Part shown: piece by piece, positions 48,544 to 57,073 of the stretch | Position numbering within the stretch: the stretch's first letter is position 1 | Layout of the letters: every line of letters begins with the position of its first letter | Origin: a virus | Length of the DNA: 64,000 nucleotides | IMG/VR virus record: IMGVR_UViG_3300028840_006907 | Coordinates: 288,001 to 352,000 of that record | Strand: one strand, 5' to 3' | Made by a program: the position numbers and the translations under genes | The notes under the pieces: generated by a model | The model's database searches: none | Told to the model about the DNA's origin: nothing | The model's input: the letters and a program-made list of their open reading frames with translations, nothing else

Positions 48544-49032
48544 ATGAATAAGCAATCGTTTAATAAAGAAAATGTTACAGAACTTCTTAGTCAATTGAAA
48601 AAAGTAGTTAATCGGGATTTGGGTGATGAATATAATCAGGAATTAATAGAATTAAGTAGGAAAATAGACCGAAATTTTAAAAAGAGAAAATTAGTAATGC
48701 GGGTGGCTTCTAATTTTTTAAAAACTATTCTTGCTACAATGGCATATAGTACTCATGGTAAATGGTCACCTTCAAAAGAGATTTATAAAACTGAAAAAGA
48801 ACGTGGTAATAAAGTTGATAAACTTCTTTTACAAGAAAATTATGACGCTATTTGGGTATGCCCTAAACCAGAAGATTGTGTAAGATATAATAGAAGTAGT
48901 GATGAAGAAGATGATCCTGTAACACAGGAAGAAATTGATGAACTCGTCAAAGTCAATTTGAGTGGAGCTACACACGTAAAATCTATGGATGATGGTGATG
49001 GCGGGGAATTATGGATTAGAAAGGCAAAGTAG
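48544..49032 (+). CDS. hypothetical protein
   Basis: ORF in operon. Confidence 0.5.
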   Translation: MNKQSFNKENVTELLSQLKKVVNRDLGDEYNQELIELSRKIDRNFKKRKLVMRVASNFLKTILATMAYSTHGKWSPSKEIYKTEKERGNKVDKLLLQENYDAIWVCPKPEDCVRYNRSSDEEDDPVTQEEIDELVKVNLSGATHVKSMDDGDGGELWIRKAK

Positions 49033-49610
49033 TGATTTGTTCTGATGAATATCAATTCATATTTTATGCAGTCCCTAAAACCGGTTCTCGATCCATGCAA
49101 AATTTTCTTCAACGTTACGGTCGTCGCTCTGTAACTGGCTGGTCACCTAATCATAATAATTATGAAGAAGTAAAAAGTGATGTAGGTATAGAAAAAAGTA
49201 ATAAATATTTTAAGTTTGCTTTTTTCAGAAATCCATGGGCTATGCTTGTATCCATGTATTTCTATAATATGCATATATGGGGACTAAATGCCAAAAAAGA
49301 TTCTGTTGTAAATTGGCTTAATACATATAAAGGCGGGGATCCTTATATTCCTTATATTTTTGATAATGAAGGAAATGCCATTTTGGATTTTATGGGTAAG
49401 TTAGAAAATTCCAGAGAAGATTTAAAAACTGTCTGTAAAATGTTAAAGATCCCGATCTCAGGAGAATTGTCCCATATAGGAAAACAACATGTAAAAGGAA
49501 GATTGGATTATAGAGCGTATTATGAAAGTCCAGTACTAGTGGAAAAAATAAGAAAGATATTTTCAAAAAGTCTTAGTGTGTTAAATTATGACTTTAATGA
49601 AGGGGTTTAA
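49032..49610 (+). CDS. sulfotransferase-like protein
   Basis: N-terminal FYAVPKTGSRSMQ resembles PAPS 5'-PSB motif; GTG start. Confidence 0.5.
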   Translation: MICSDEYQFIFYAVPKTGSRSMQNFLQRYGRRSVTGWSPNHNNYEEVKSDVGIEKSNKYFKFAFFRNPWAMLVSMYFYNMHIWGLNAKKDSVVNWLNTYKGGDPYIPYIFDNEGNAILDFMGKLENSREDLKTVCKMLKIPISGELSHIGKQHVKGRLDYRAYYESPVLVEKIRKIFSKSLSVLNYDFNEGV

Positions 49611-49673
49611 CTTAAATATAAAGCTAGGGTCTTATAAGTTGTGATGGGCTTATATATGACTAAAGTGTGGTAA

Positions 49674-49715
49674 GTGGTCAAGGTTCTTAGAGAGGTCCCT
49701 TGACCACTTTTATTT
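49674..49715 (+). terminator. rho-independent terminator
   Basis: 10-bp stem GTGGTCAAGG / CCTTGACCAC followed by TTTTATTT. Confidence 0.6.
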
Positions 49716-49764
49716 AATTTAAGTATATTAATTTCCCAGAGAGCATAACTAATGCAAAGAAGTT

Positions 49765-49807
49765 TAGGTTGTGGGACCAAGGTCAGGGTTCTGCAACCTA
49801 TTTTTTT
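49765..49807 (+). terminator. rho-independent terminator (second of a tandem pair)
   Basis: Stem TAGGTTG / CAACCTA followed by T7. Confidence 0.6.
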
Positions 49808-49949
49808 ATCCTATAATACCTCCCATAATTTATGCCCATTAAAGAGGCCAGTAAAAATTTATTTTCTGGCATTTTTTGTAATAAACTTCTAATATCTGTA
49901 ACCTCCGATAAAGGGAAAGCGACTATTACCCTAAAAAGGAGGTCCGTTT

Positions 49950-50816
49950 ATGGACAAAAAATATGAAGACCGAATGCTTGTCGTTTTTATCTTAGTGGGT
50001 CTAGTTGGTGGGTCACTGTTCTATTTCCTTAAAGATGGTCAGCCTCTCAGCTCAATTTTCATGACTTTCGCTCTATCAAGTATCCTCTATCGATTCCTGG
50101 GTGGAATTGGCCAAGGCACAAAATTCAGTGTCGGAGCATTTCGGTTAGGTGGTAGTGCAGCCTTCATGATCGGCTGTATCTTTTTTATCAACGAGTACAT
50201 TTTCCCAAAACCAGAAATCAACACCATTGTTTTAAGTACTCCCCAGGATCGATGGGTTCCTGTTAAATACCCTACAGGTGAGTATGTGAATGTTAAGGTA
50301 TTAACTCCTTCTGGAGATACTATTATTCATGGTATAAGTAGTGTAGAAATGGATGCTTTAAAAAAAAGGGAATACTGCATCACAAAAGAAGGGGAGAATT
50401 TTTATATCTGTTCTAATGCTGATTCAACGGTAATAGGCCATCTTAAGTTTGAAGATGTTTTTAAAGCTATTGAAAATGATATCCATATCACAGTCCAAGA
50501 TTTTCGGGTTTTTAAATTATACCCTAATCCTATAAATGACCCAAAAGATCAAGAAAAGAAATATAAAACTACTGATTCACTTGATGCTGTAAGTCAGACT
50601 TTTCCCATAGTAATCGAAGTCGATAAAACTAATATGAATATAAAGACAAAGGATGACAGTTTATTAACATCAGATGTACCTCGTAGTGAAAAATTCTATT
50701 TAGTTGATATTGAAAATGAGTATTTTATAGTTACAATATTACATGCTAATTTAGAAACATCAGAAAGTAAATGGTATTCTGAGTTTCTTGTTGGAAAAGT
50801 ATCTATTAATCGATAG
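49950..50816 (+). CDS. membrane protein
   Basis: Strong RBS AAGGAGG; three N-terminal hydrophobic helices. Confidence 0.55.
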   Translation: MDKKYEDRMLVVFILVGLVGGSLFYFLKDGQPLSSIFMTFALSSILYRFLGGIGQGTKFSVGAFRLGGSAAFMIGCIFFINEYIFPKPEINTIVLSTPQDRWVPVKYPTGEYVNVKVLTPSGDTIIHGISSVEMDALKKREYCITKEGENFYICSNADSTVIGHLKFEDVFKAIENDIHITVQDFRVFKLYPNPINDPKDQEKKYKTTDSLDAVSQTFPIVIEVDKTNMNIKTKDDSLLTSDVPRSEKFYLVDIENEYFIVTILHANLETSESKWYSEFLVGKVSINR

Positions 50817-50823
50817 AGGTAAT

Positions 50824-51252
50824 ATGAGCAATATGAAAATTGCAATAGCTTCTTATATGCGTTATACAGTTGTTTTAGCCAACTTGAAAGAGCATTTCAA
50901 AAGAGAACTCGATCTAGCTGGCCTATTTGATAAAGACTCCGATTATAATGGAATGATAGGTAACGCTGTTATGGACCTGTGTAAAGTCTTCTCTGATCAG
51001 GGCCATAGCGGGTTCTCCGCGAACTGGGTTCTGAAATTGTTCGATACTCTTGGTCACTATAAAACGTTGACTCCTATTACAGATAATCCGAAAGAGTGGA
51101 TGAAGGTTACAGATGGCCTCGGTAGAGATGAACCGGTCTGGCAGAGTAATCGAAATCCTTCCCTTTTTTCTAATAATGGTGGAAAGAGTTATTATGATGT
51201 AGACGATAAGAAGCGTAAGAAGATCCGCTCTAAAAAGTTTAAAAAGAAATAA
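50824..51252 (+). CDS. hypothetical protein with basic C-terminus
   Basis: ATG 50824 with AGAGG RBS (track start 50788 is an overlapping extension); KKRKKIRSKKFKKK tail. Confidence 0.45.
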   Translation: MSNMKIAIASYMRYTVVLANLKEHFKRELDLAGLFDKDSDYNGMIGNAVMDLCKVFSDQGHSGFSANWVLKLFDTLGHYKTLTPITDNPKEWMKVTDGLGRDEPVWQSNRNPSLFSNNGGKSYYDVDDKKRKKIRSKKFKKK

Positions 51253-51387
51253 TTTTTCTGAATAAATCAGGTTTTTTTCTTATTCTTTCGATAATTTCTC
51301 TTCTCTTTTTTCTCATAATTTATTATAATTATATATAGTATCTATAGCTCTTTGAAATTGGTAGAAATTTACTGAATCCGTAAGCCC

Positions 51388-51416
51388 TTGATCTTATGAT
51401 ATTTATGTTTTAGTAT
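51388..51416 (+). promoter_or_regulatory. candidate sigma70-like promoter / leader end upstream of the repeat array
   Basis: TTGATC - 17 nt - TAGTAT immediately before the first repeat, inside an AT-rich leader-like region 51253-51416. Confidence 0.2.
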
Positions 51417-52310
51417 ATTCCCCGCGTATGCGGGGCTGGGCCGATAAATCTTAAAATGGGTAAGATAAAAACCTGAATATTCCCCGCCCATGCGGGGCTG
51501 ATGCGTAATATAAATAATTTTTGATCAATTATAGGACATATTCCCCGCCCCTGCGGGGATTCCCCGAAAATATTGATGTTTTTTTGTATATATCAAAAAT
51601 ATTCCCCGCCCCTGCGGGGTTGATGCGAATACCGAACAAGTGCAGGGCCTGCAGATTATATATTCCCCGCGTATGCGGGGCTGGCGCGTAGGAGGTAAAA
51701 ATGAAATCGAAACATATTCCCCGCGTATGCGGGGCTGGTTCTAGAATTGAATGAAGCGCTGAATTTTCCCCGCCCATGCGGGGCTGAACCGACCGGGAAA
51801 TCATATCTATCCATAAATCTTGCATATTCCCCGCGTATGCGGGGCTGAACCGATACTAGATTGGGACATGTGTTTACCCAGAACATATTCCCCGCCCATG
51901 CGGGGCTGAACCGATTTCAAAAAACACGACCAGATAAAGATGAATATTCCCCGCGTATGCGGGGCTGTGTCAGGGTGAGAGGCTCGTGACGAATAATTTT
52001 TCATATTCCCCGACTCTTCGGGGTTGCCCCTCAGGAAGCTATTGAATTGCAAAAAACTGTATTCCCCGTCTATGCGGGGCTGTCTCTCCACATGCAAATG
52101 TAAGTAGTAAATACTGAATATTCCCCGGCATTCCGGGGCTGATCCCGTCTGGTAAAAACATAAAATGGTTCATCATAAGTATTCCCCGCCCATGCGAGGT
52201 TGGGCCATCCAGTACTGCTACTGCTAGGACCGTATTCCCCGCCCATGCGGGGCTGATCCTACGACTGGGACAGAAGTATTCATTGGTTTCACCCCGGCCT
52301 TTCCGGGGTC
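51417..52310 (+). CRISPR. degenerate type I-E-like CRISPR-style repeat array, 15-16 units, no cas genes in window
   Basis: Units start at 51417, 51479, 51540, 51601, 51662, 51716, 51765, 51826, 51887, 51946, 52005, 52061, 52120, 52181, 52234 (degenerate 52291); core ATTCCCCGC-N4-GCGGGGCTG; best units end CTGAACCGA; period mostly 59-62 bp; intervening sequences unique. Confidence 0.55.
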
Positions 52311-52409
52311 TAAAATAAGGATCTGAGATTTTTTTCTTAGATCCTTATATTTTTAATAATGTATTTATATTATTCCTTTAAATAATATCAAAATAAAAAA
52401 GGAAAAAGT

Positions 52410-53315
52410 ATGGCAATTGCGTTTATGAGAGGAAGCACCACTAATCAGAATGATTTGACCATAACGGTACGTGATACATCCAATAATTTGATCGACCCGT
52501 ATTCGTTGGAGTATGCTGTCTTCGATTACACTAGTGGCACTGAGGTCCTCATCGGATCCCCTGTTAATACTCCGCTCAAGTTGTCAACAGGAGAATATTG
52601 GGCGGAGGTTGTAATAGCAGCCGATGCCAATATAGGTCTCTGGCGCATCCGTTGGACAATTCAAGAAACAGCAGTCAGTCCTGTTTATCAATCGGTTCAG
52701 GAATTTCAAGTAGTAGGTTCCAGTGTTGTGACGAGTGTAACCGGAGATGCAAATTTTGATGCATTGGTCCATTCTTTACGAGTGATACTCCGAGACAACA
52801 ATCCGGACCGCAACTACAGATTTCGTCCCCCAGCTTCCGAGAAATTTATCCAAGGTCAGACCCAAGTCTTTGGATTCATTTGGGAAGATGAAGAGCTTGT
52901 AGAGTATATATACATGGCTATTGACGACTTCAATTCACGCCCCCCGACTACAGGTATAGATGTGGCCAATCTTTGGGGAACTGAGAGACGGTGGAGAACT
53001 ACAATTATTTTAAGAGCAGCAGCTTTTGCATGTTTCGCTATAACAATGAATTGGATCGCTGACGAATTTTCTTATTCAATTTCTGGAGTATCTCTTGACA
53101 TTGAGAAATCTTCGAAGTATCAATCTATGAAAGAGAATTATATCAATGAATATGACAAGCTTGTCGAGGCCAATAAGAGATCCATAAAAATTATAAAAGG
53201 TCTTAGGCAATATCGGTACGGGGTGGGCATCACGAGCGCCCTGGGACCCATGAACAGACCTGGAGTTCAAAGTAGAAGAAACCTTATAAGTCCAAGTTAT
53301 GGCCCTTATTTCTAA
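52410..53315 (+). CDS. hypothetical protein
   Basis: RBS AAGGAAAAAG; 301-aa ORF directly downstream of the array. Confidence 0.55.
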   Translation: MAIAFMRGSTTNQNDLTITVRDTSNNLIDPYSLEYAVFDYTSGTEVLIGSPVNTPLKLSTGEYWAEVVIAADANIGLWRIRWTIQETAVSPVYQSVQEFQVVGSSVVTSVTGDANFDALVHSLRVILRDNNPDRNYRFRPPASEKFIQGQTQVFGFIWEDEELVEYIYMAIDDFNSRPPTTGIDVANLWGTERRWRTTIILRAAAFACFAITMNWIADEFSYSISGVSLDIEKSSKYQSMKENYINEYDKLVEANKRSIKIIKGLRQYRYGVGITSALGPMNRPGVQSRRNLISPSYGPYF

Positions 53316-53408
53316 TGAGTTATGGAGATGATAGCTTTTTCTGTAAATCTAAATTATTCTATATGATTTTATAAAGAATATTTGTAGACTTGGACCTAGG
53401 GCAGTACC

Positions 53409-55859
53409 TTATATTTTATTATTTTTTCTAAGGAGAGCTATCTGACGTTTAATCCATCGAGGAGTTTCTTCAAGAGTTTCAGCCATTTGATTTCTTGTCA
53501 TCTTTCCACGATTATCTATTATGAATTGGAGCTTTTCTTCAGTCTTTCTATCTTTGGTACAACCAATAGGGTTTTTTGTAGATAATGTACCTTTTTTTTG
53601 TAAGAATTTTATTTGAGATTTAACCCATCGCTCTGTTTCATTGAGAGCTTTAGATAATTCTTTTTTAGTTTTATTTTTATAATTAGTGATTATATACTGC
53701 GTTTTTTCAGGGGTTCTTCTACATTTTGTTGAGAATTTAGAAATCTCTTTTAAATAGGTAAATTTCTCAGTGGGTTGTTTAATATTTATATCTTCAATAC
53801 ATTTTGAATTATATATTTCTTTTTCTCTTTTAGGATAAGGTTTAGTAACATAATTTTTTAATTTGTTAATTTTTTTCTTATCTCTTTTATTTTCACCTAT
53901 TAATAAGACATATTTATGTTTTCTTTCAGTAATAAATTTTTGAGCTTCAGATAATATATTTTTATTCCAATTATTCCATTGAACTTTAATTCCTTCTGGT
54001 ATGGTACTCATATTTTTAAAACCATTTTCTTTAAACCATTCCTTTTGAGAAATAATCCCTTGATTTTTACACCATTTTTTAAATGCTGATGTACGTTTTA
54101 GAGATTGAGCTGAAAAAGTCCTATTATTTTTAATGGAAGGATGTTTATATAAGTATGAACTTCCAAAGTTATTTCCTAGATAATCAAATCCACAAGCTTG
54201 GTAAATAGTCCCTATTTCAAGAGCTTTAGGATCAGCATAACCTATGAAAGCTCTTTTAGAAGTGTTATTAGCCATCCAATTACAAGCAAACCTTATAAGA
54301 CGGCTACCCAGGTTTTTCGGGGTCCATGAGGCAGTGGCACCTCTTTGAATTAAAGCTTCATATTTGGGAGTATCTTTACCTAGAATTTTGGAATATGCTG
54401 TGGGTTCATTTATAAATAATACTCCTGCGAGAATATTATTGTATCTGGCTGTGAAGCACCATTTTGGTATTACTCCAATTGTTCCTAACCATTCATATTT
54501 TTTTATAAATTGGACCATTTCATTATTAAATTTTTCTTCAGATAATGTAAAAGAAGTAGCTTTTAAAGAAGAGTGATTGAAATCGATATTTTTTTTATCT
54601 TCATCAATCCATTGAAGTTTCTTTTTATATTGGTGGCATATAAAAGTGGTCTTGTTTTTACTGTTAATTTTATTTTTTATTAAATCAATGATAATACCTT
54701 TTCGGATAGCTTCTTTTACATCATCAGACCAAAATCTAATCAAATTGGGTATATTTTTATTTTGGATTTCATCATTCTTAATATTTTCTTTTATTTTTAA
54801 TGCCCTTGGAGACGTATCATTTTCTCTTATTTCTTTACCATGCCAATAATTACCATCATATTGTACCCATAAGTTATAGCGAGGCATATAGAAATCAATT
54901 ACATGTTTAATAATTGGGTGCATAACTTGATGTTCTACAAAAGGATCAAATACAATAAGATAATTAAAAAAGTTATTTTCTTCATCTGAGGATGAGAAGG
55001 AATTATTTAGTTTAACTGTTTTATATGTTTTTTCTTTTATTTCAACATTCTGTTGGGGATTTTCAACGCCATATCTTTCAATATTAGTTTCAGTGATTTT
55101 TTTCTTAATCTCTGGAGATTGGAATACATTGTCAACCCCGTATCTTGATTGTACTGTTACTTTAACTTTTCTTTTTACTTCTTTAGATTGAGAGGGGTAT
55201 TCTACTCCTCGTTTTTCAATATTAGATTGACGGGATTTTTCTTTCATTGAGTTTAGTTGAGTAGAATATTCTACGCCATAACGTTTTTTAATAGTTTCGT
55301 TATTATGTTTAACTATATCTTCATTTATTTTATCTCGATTCCTTCTTAATCCTAGTTTAATAGCTCTTTCTCGGATGGCTTTCCAGGTCCTGTTTTCAAA
55401 GTAGAGCATAATAAATTCCATAGAATTCTTTTCATATACTTCTTTTAAAAGATCATCTTCTTTGGGTGACCAGAAGTCTTCCCTAGCAGGAGCGCTTTTA
55501 CCACCATCAATCATTTCTTGTTTAATTATTTCAGGATTTCTTTGAAGGTTTAATTTTTGAGCATTACTTCGGATGCTTTGCCATGATCGATTCTTGAATT
55601 TAGAAAGGATAAATTCTTTTGAATTATTTTCATATATATTTTTAAGAATATTTATCTCTTCGGTTGTCCAGGAATCTTTTCTTGGTCCTCTTTTTTTACG
55701 GTCTTCATTTATAAGGTCAGGATTACGGTGAAGATTTAGCTTACGTGCTTTTCTACAGATGGTTGTCCAAGATTTATTTAATTTGGAGATAATAAATTCT
55801 TTTGAATTATTTTTATATATTTCTTTTAATAAATTTTCTTCTTCTATTTTCCAACGCAT
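53409..55859 (-). CDS. large multidomain DNA-binding / nuclease-like protein
   Basis: Start at MRWKIEE (RBS AGAGG; track start 55916 is a non-ATG extension); three tandem ~60-aa HTH-like repeats (W..EE..L...Y...S.EFI..F.NR.W..IR..A.KL.L.RN), tandem RYGVEN repeats, Vsr/DUF559-like motif FYMPRYNLWVQYDGNYWHG, two C-terminal ET.RW.K.QI.LL.K repeats. Confidence 0.6.
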   Translation of the reverse strand: MRWKIEEENLLKEIYKNNSKEFIISKLNKSWTTICRKARKLNLHRNPDLINEDRKKRGPRKDSWTTEEINILKNIYENNSKEFILSKFKNRSWQSIRSNAQKLNLQRNPEIIKQEMIDGGKSAPAREDFWSPKEDDLLKEVYEKNSMEFIMLYFENRTWKAIRERAIKLGLRRNRDKINEDIVKHNNETIKKRYGVEYSTQLNSMKEKSRQSNIEKRGVEYPSQSKEVKRKVKVTVQSRYGVDNVFQSPEIKKKITETNIERYGVENPQQNVEIKEKTYKTVKLNNSFSSSDEENNFFNYLIVFDPFVEHQVMHPIIKHVIDFYMPRYNLWVQYDGNYWHGKEIRENDTSPRALKIKENIKNDEIQNKNIPNLIRFWSDDVKEAIRKGIIIDLIKNKINSKNKTTFICHQYKKKLQWIDEDKKNIDFNHSSLKATSFTLSEEKFNNEMVQFIKKYEWLGTIGVIPKWCFTARYNNILAGVLFINEPTAYSKILGKDTPKYEALIQRGATASWTPKNLGSRLIRFACNWMANNTSKRAFIGYADPKALEIGTIYQACGFDYLGNNFGSSYLYKHPSIKNNRTFSAQSLKRTSAFKKWCKNQGIISQKEWFKENGFKNMSTIPEGIKVQWNNWNKNILSEAQKFITERKHKYVLLIGENKRDKKKINKLKNYVTKPYPKREKEIYNSKCIEDINIKQPTEKFTYLKEISKFSTKCRRTPEKTQYIITNYKNKTKKELSKALNETERWVKSQIKFLQKKGTLSTKNPIGCTKDRKTEEKLQFIIDNRGKMTRNQMAETLEETPRWIKRQIALLRKNNKI

Positions 55860-55962
55860 ATGAGTACCTCTTTTTAGTATATTACTTATTATAACAGGTA
55901 TTAGAGTTATTGTCAATATTTCATTTAATAAATATGGAATTCATTAATTTATAGGGAAAAAG

Positions 55963-56316
55963 ATGGAAATTGAAATTTATGGAAAAGAATTTGTTTCTTG
56001 TAATATTTTAAGGGCTGAAGTAGGTACAAATTGCCCACAGGGGGGAGATACAGGACATGGTGGTCGAACTATTTTAAGATTGATTGATGAAGCAGCTACT
56101 GATATAAGTATAAAAGTAGATGGTCAGCCTTTAGGTAGTATAAAAACTTTGGAAATATTATTAGGTGGCGATACTGAGTGCGACACTTTTATGAATGCTC
56201 TTAATTTTGCCTTGAATGTATTAAAAGATCATAATCCAAATTATGAAATGGATCCACATATAAGAGGTTCTGGGAAGGGATTGATACAAAAAGATTATAA
56301 AATAGAAACATTATGA
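55963..56316 (+). CDS. hypothetical protein (first gene of ATPase mini-operon)
   Basis: ORF whose stop overlaps next start (ATGA). Confidence 0.5.
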   Translation: MEIEIYGKEFVSCNILRAEVGTNCPQGGDTGHGGRTILRLIDEAATDISIKVDGQPLGSIKTLEILLGGDTECDTFMNALNFALNVLKDHNPNYEMDPHIRGSGKGLIQKDYKIETL

Positions 56317-56861
56317 TTACAAAGATAGAATTATTAGAAAAATACAGAACTTTAAAACCGTTTGTTATGGAGCCTAATCTAGGAGTCAATCTTATTGTTG
56401 GTGAGAATGGTTCGGGTAAATCCTCATTGTTAAATATTATAAAGGAAAATGCTCCTGAGGTAAGATTAGAAATTGAAGGTACTATAAATTATTACCATTT
56501 TGATACGGAAAAGGACAATCCTCGAACTCAAGGCACTCTTCCATTTAATGCTCCTGGTGATGTTTATGCCTATCATCTGACGTCACATTTCCAGAGTCAT
56601 GGTGAAGTACTATTTCCTATTTTAAATCTTATGAGAACTTTTGAGAACAGGATTTTATTCTATGATGAACCGGAGAGTGGGGTCTCGATTAATAATCAGT
56701 TAAAGGCATGTACTGCGATAAGAAAAGCGGTAAGGAATGGTTGTCAACTTTTTATTGCGACTCATTCTTATATATTTATAAAAAAATTTAAAAAAGTCTT
56801 TGATTTAAAGACATATCAATTTGTAAAATCAGAGGATTGGTTATCTCAATTTAGGATATAA
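56313..56861 (+). CDS. minimal ABC-type P-loop ATPase
   Basis: Walker A GENGSGKSS, Walker B ILFYDEPESG, H-loop-like IATHS in only 182 aa. Confidence 0.6.
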   Translation: MITKIELLEKYRTLKPFVMEPNLGVNLIVGENGSGKSSLLNIIKENAPEVRLEIEGTINYYHFDTEKDNPRTQGTLPFNAPGDVYAYHLTSHFQSHGEVLFPILNLMRTFENRILFYDEPESGVSINNQLKACTAIRKAVRNGCQLFIATHSYIFIKKFKKVFDLKTYQFVKSEDWLSQFRI

Positions 56862-56862
56862 C

Positions 56863-57000
56863 ATGATACCAGAATGGGTTTATAGATTAATGGTTGAAGA
56901 TCGAGAACGATGTATGATAAATCATTTAGAAAAAAGGAATTATATTGACGAGGAAGAGATAAAAGAGAATACTCTTTCTGATATCTCTGAAAAGGATTAA
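56863..57000 (+). CDS. small acidic peptide (not in ORF track)
   Basis: 45-codon ORF starting 1 nt after ATPase stop; weak. Confidence 0.25.
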   Translation: MIPEWVYRLMVEDRERCMINHLEKRNYIDEEEIKENTLSDISEKD

Positions 57001-57073
57001 AATATGACTCTCATGGATTTACATAAATAAATTTTATTTCACATATTTTTTAACTTTACATAAGGAGACATAC

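Noticed and set aside
49611-49949. Possible tRNA or small RNA in the 340-bp intergenic region
   Set aside because: GGTTC-like segments are present, but I could not assemble acceptor, D, anticodon and T arms into a cloverleaf. The hairpins are better explained as two intrinsic terminators. tRNAscan would settle it.
51529-52097. Three minus-strand ORFs (51529-51825, 51656-51886, 51807-52097) across the repeat array
   Set aside because: Their translations repeat the same peptides (APHTRGI, PRMGGEY), which are the hairpin repeats read in frame. They are artefacts of the array, not genes.
51417-52310. Interpreting the repeat array as a replication origin with iterons or a partition (parS-like) site
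   Set aside because: Loop and flank variation with compensatory stem changes argues for an RNA hairpin under structural selection rather than a sequence-specific protein binding site, and no rep or par gene is adjacent. Not excluded, but less parsimonious than a CRISPR-derived array.
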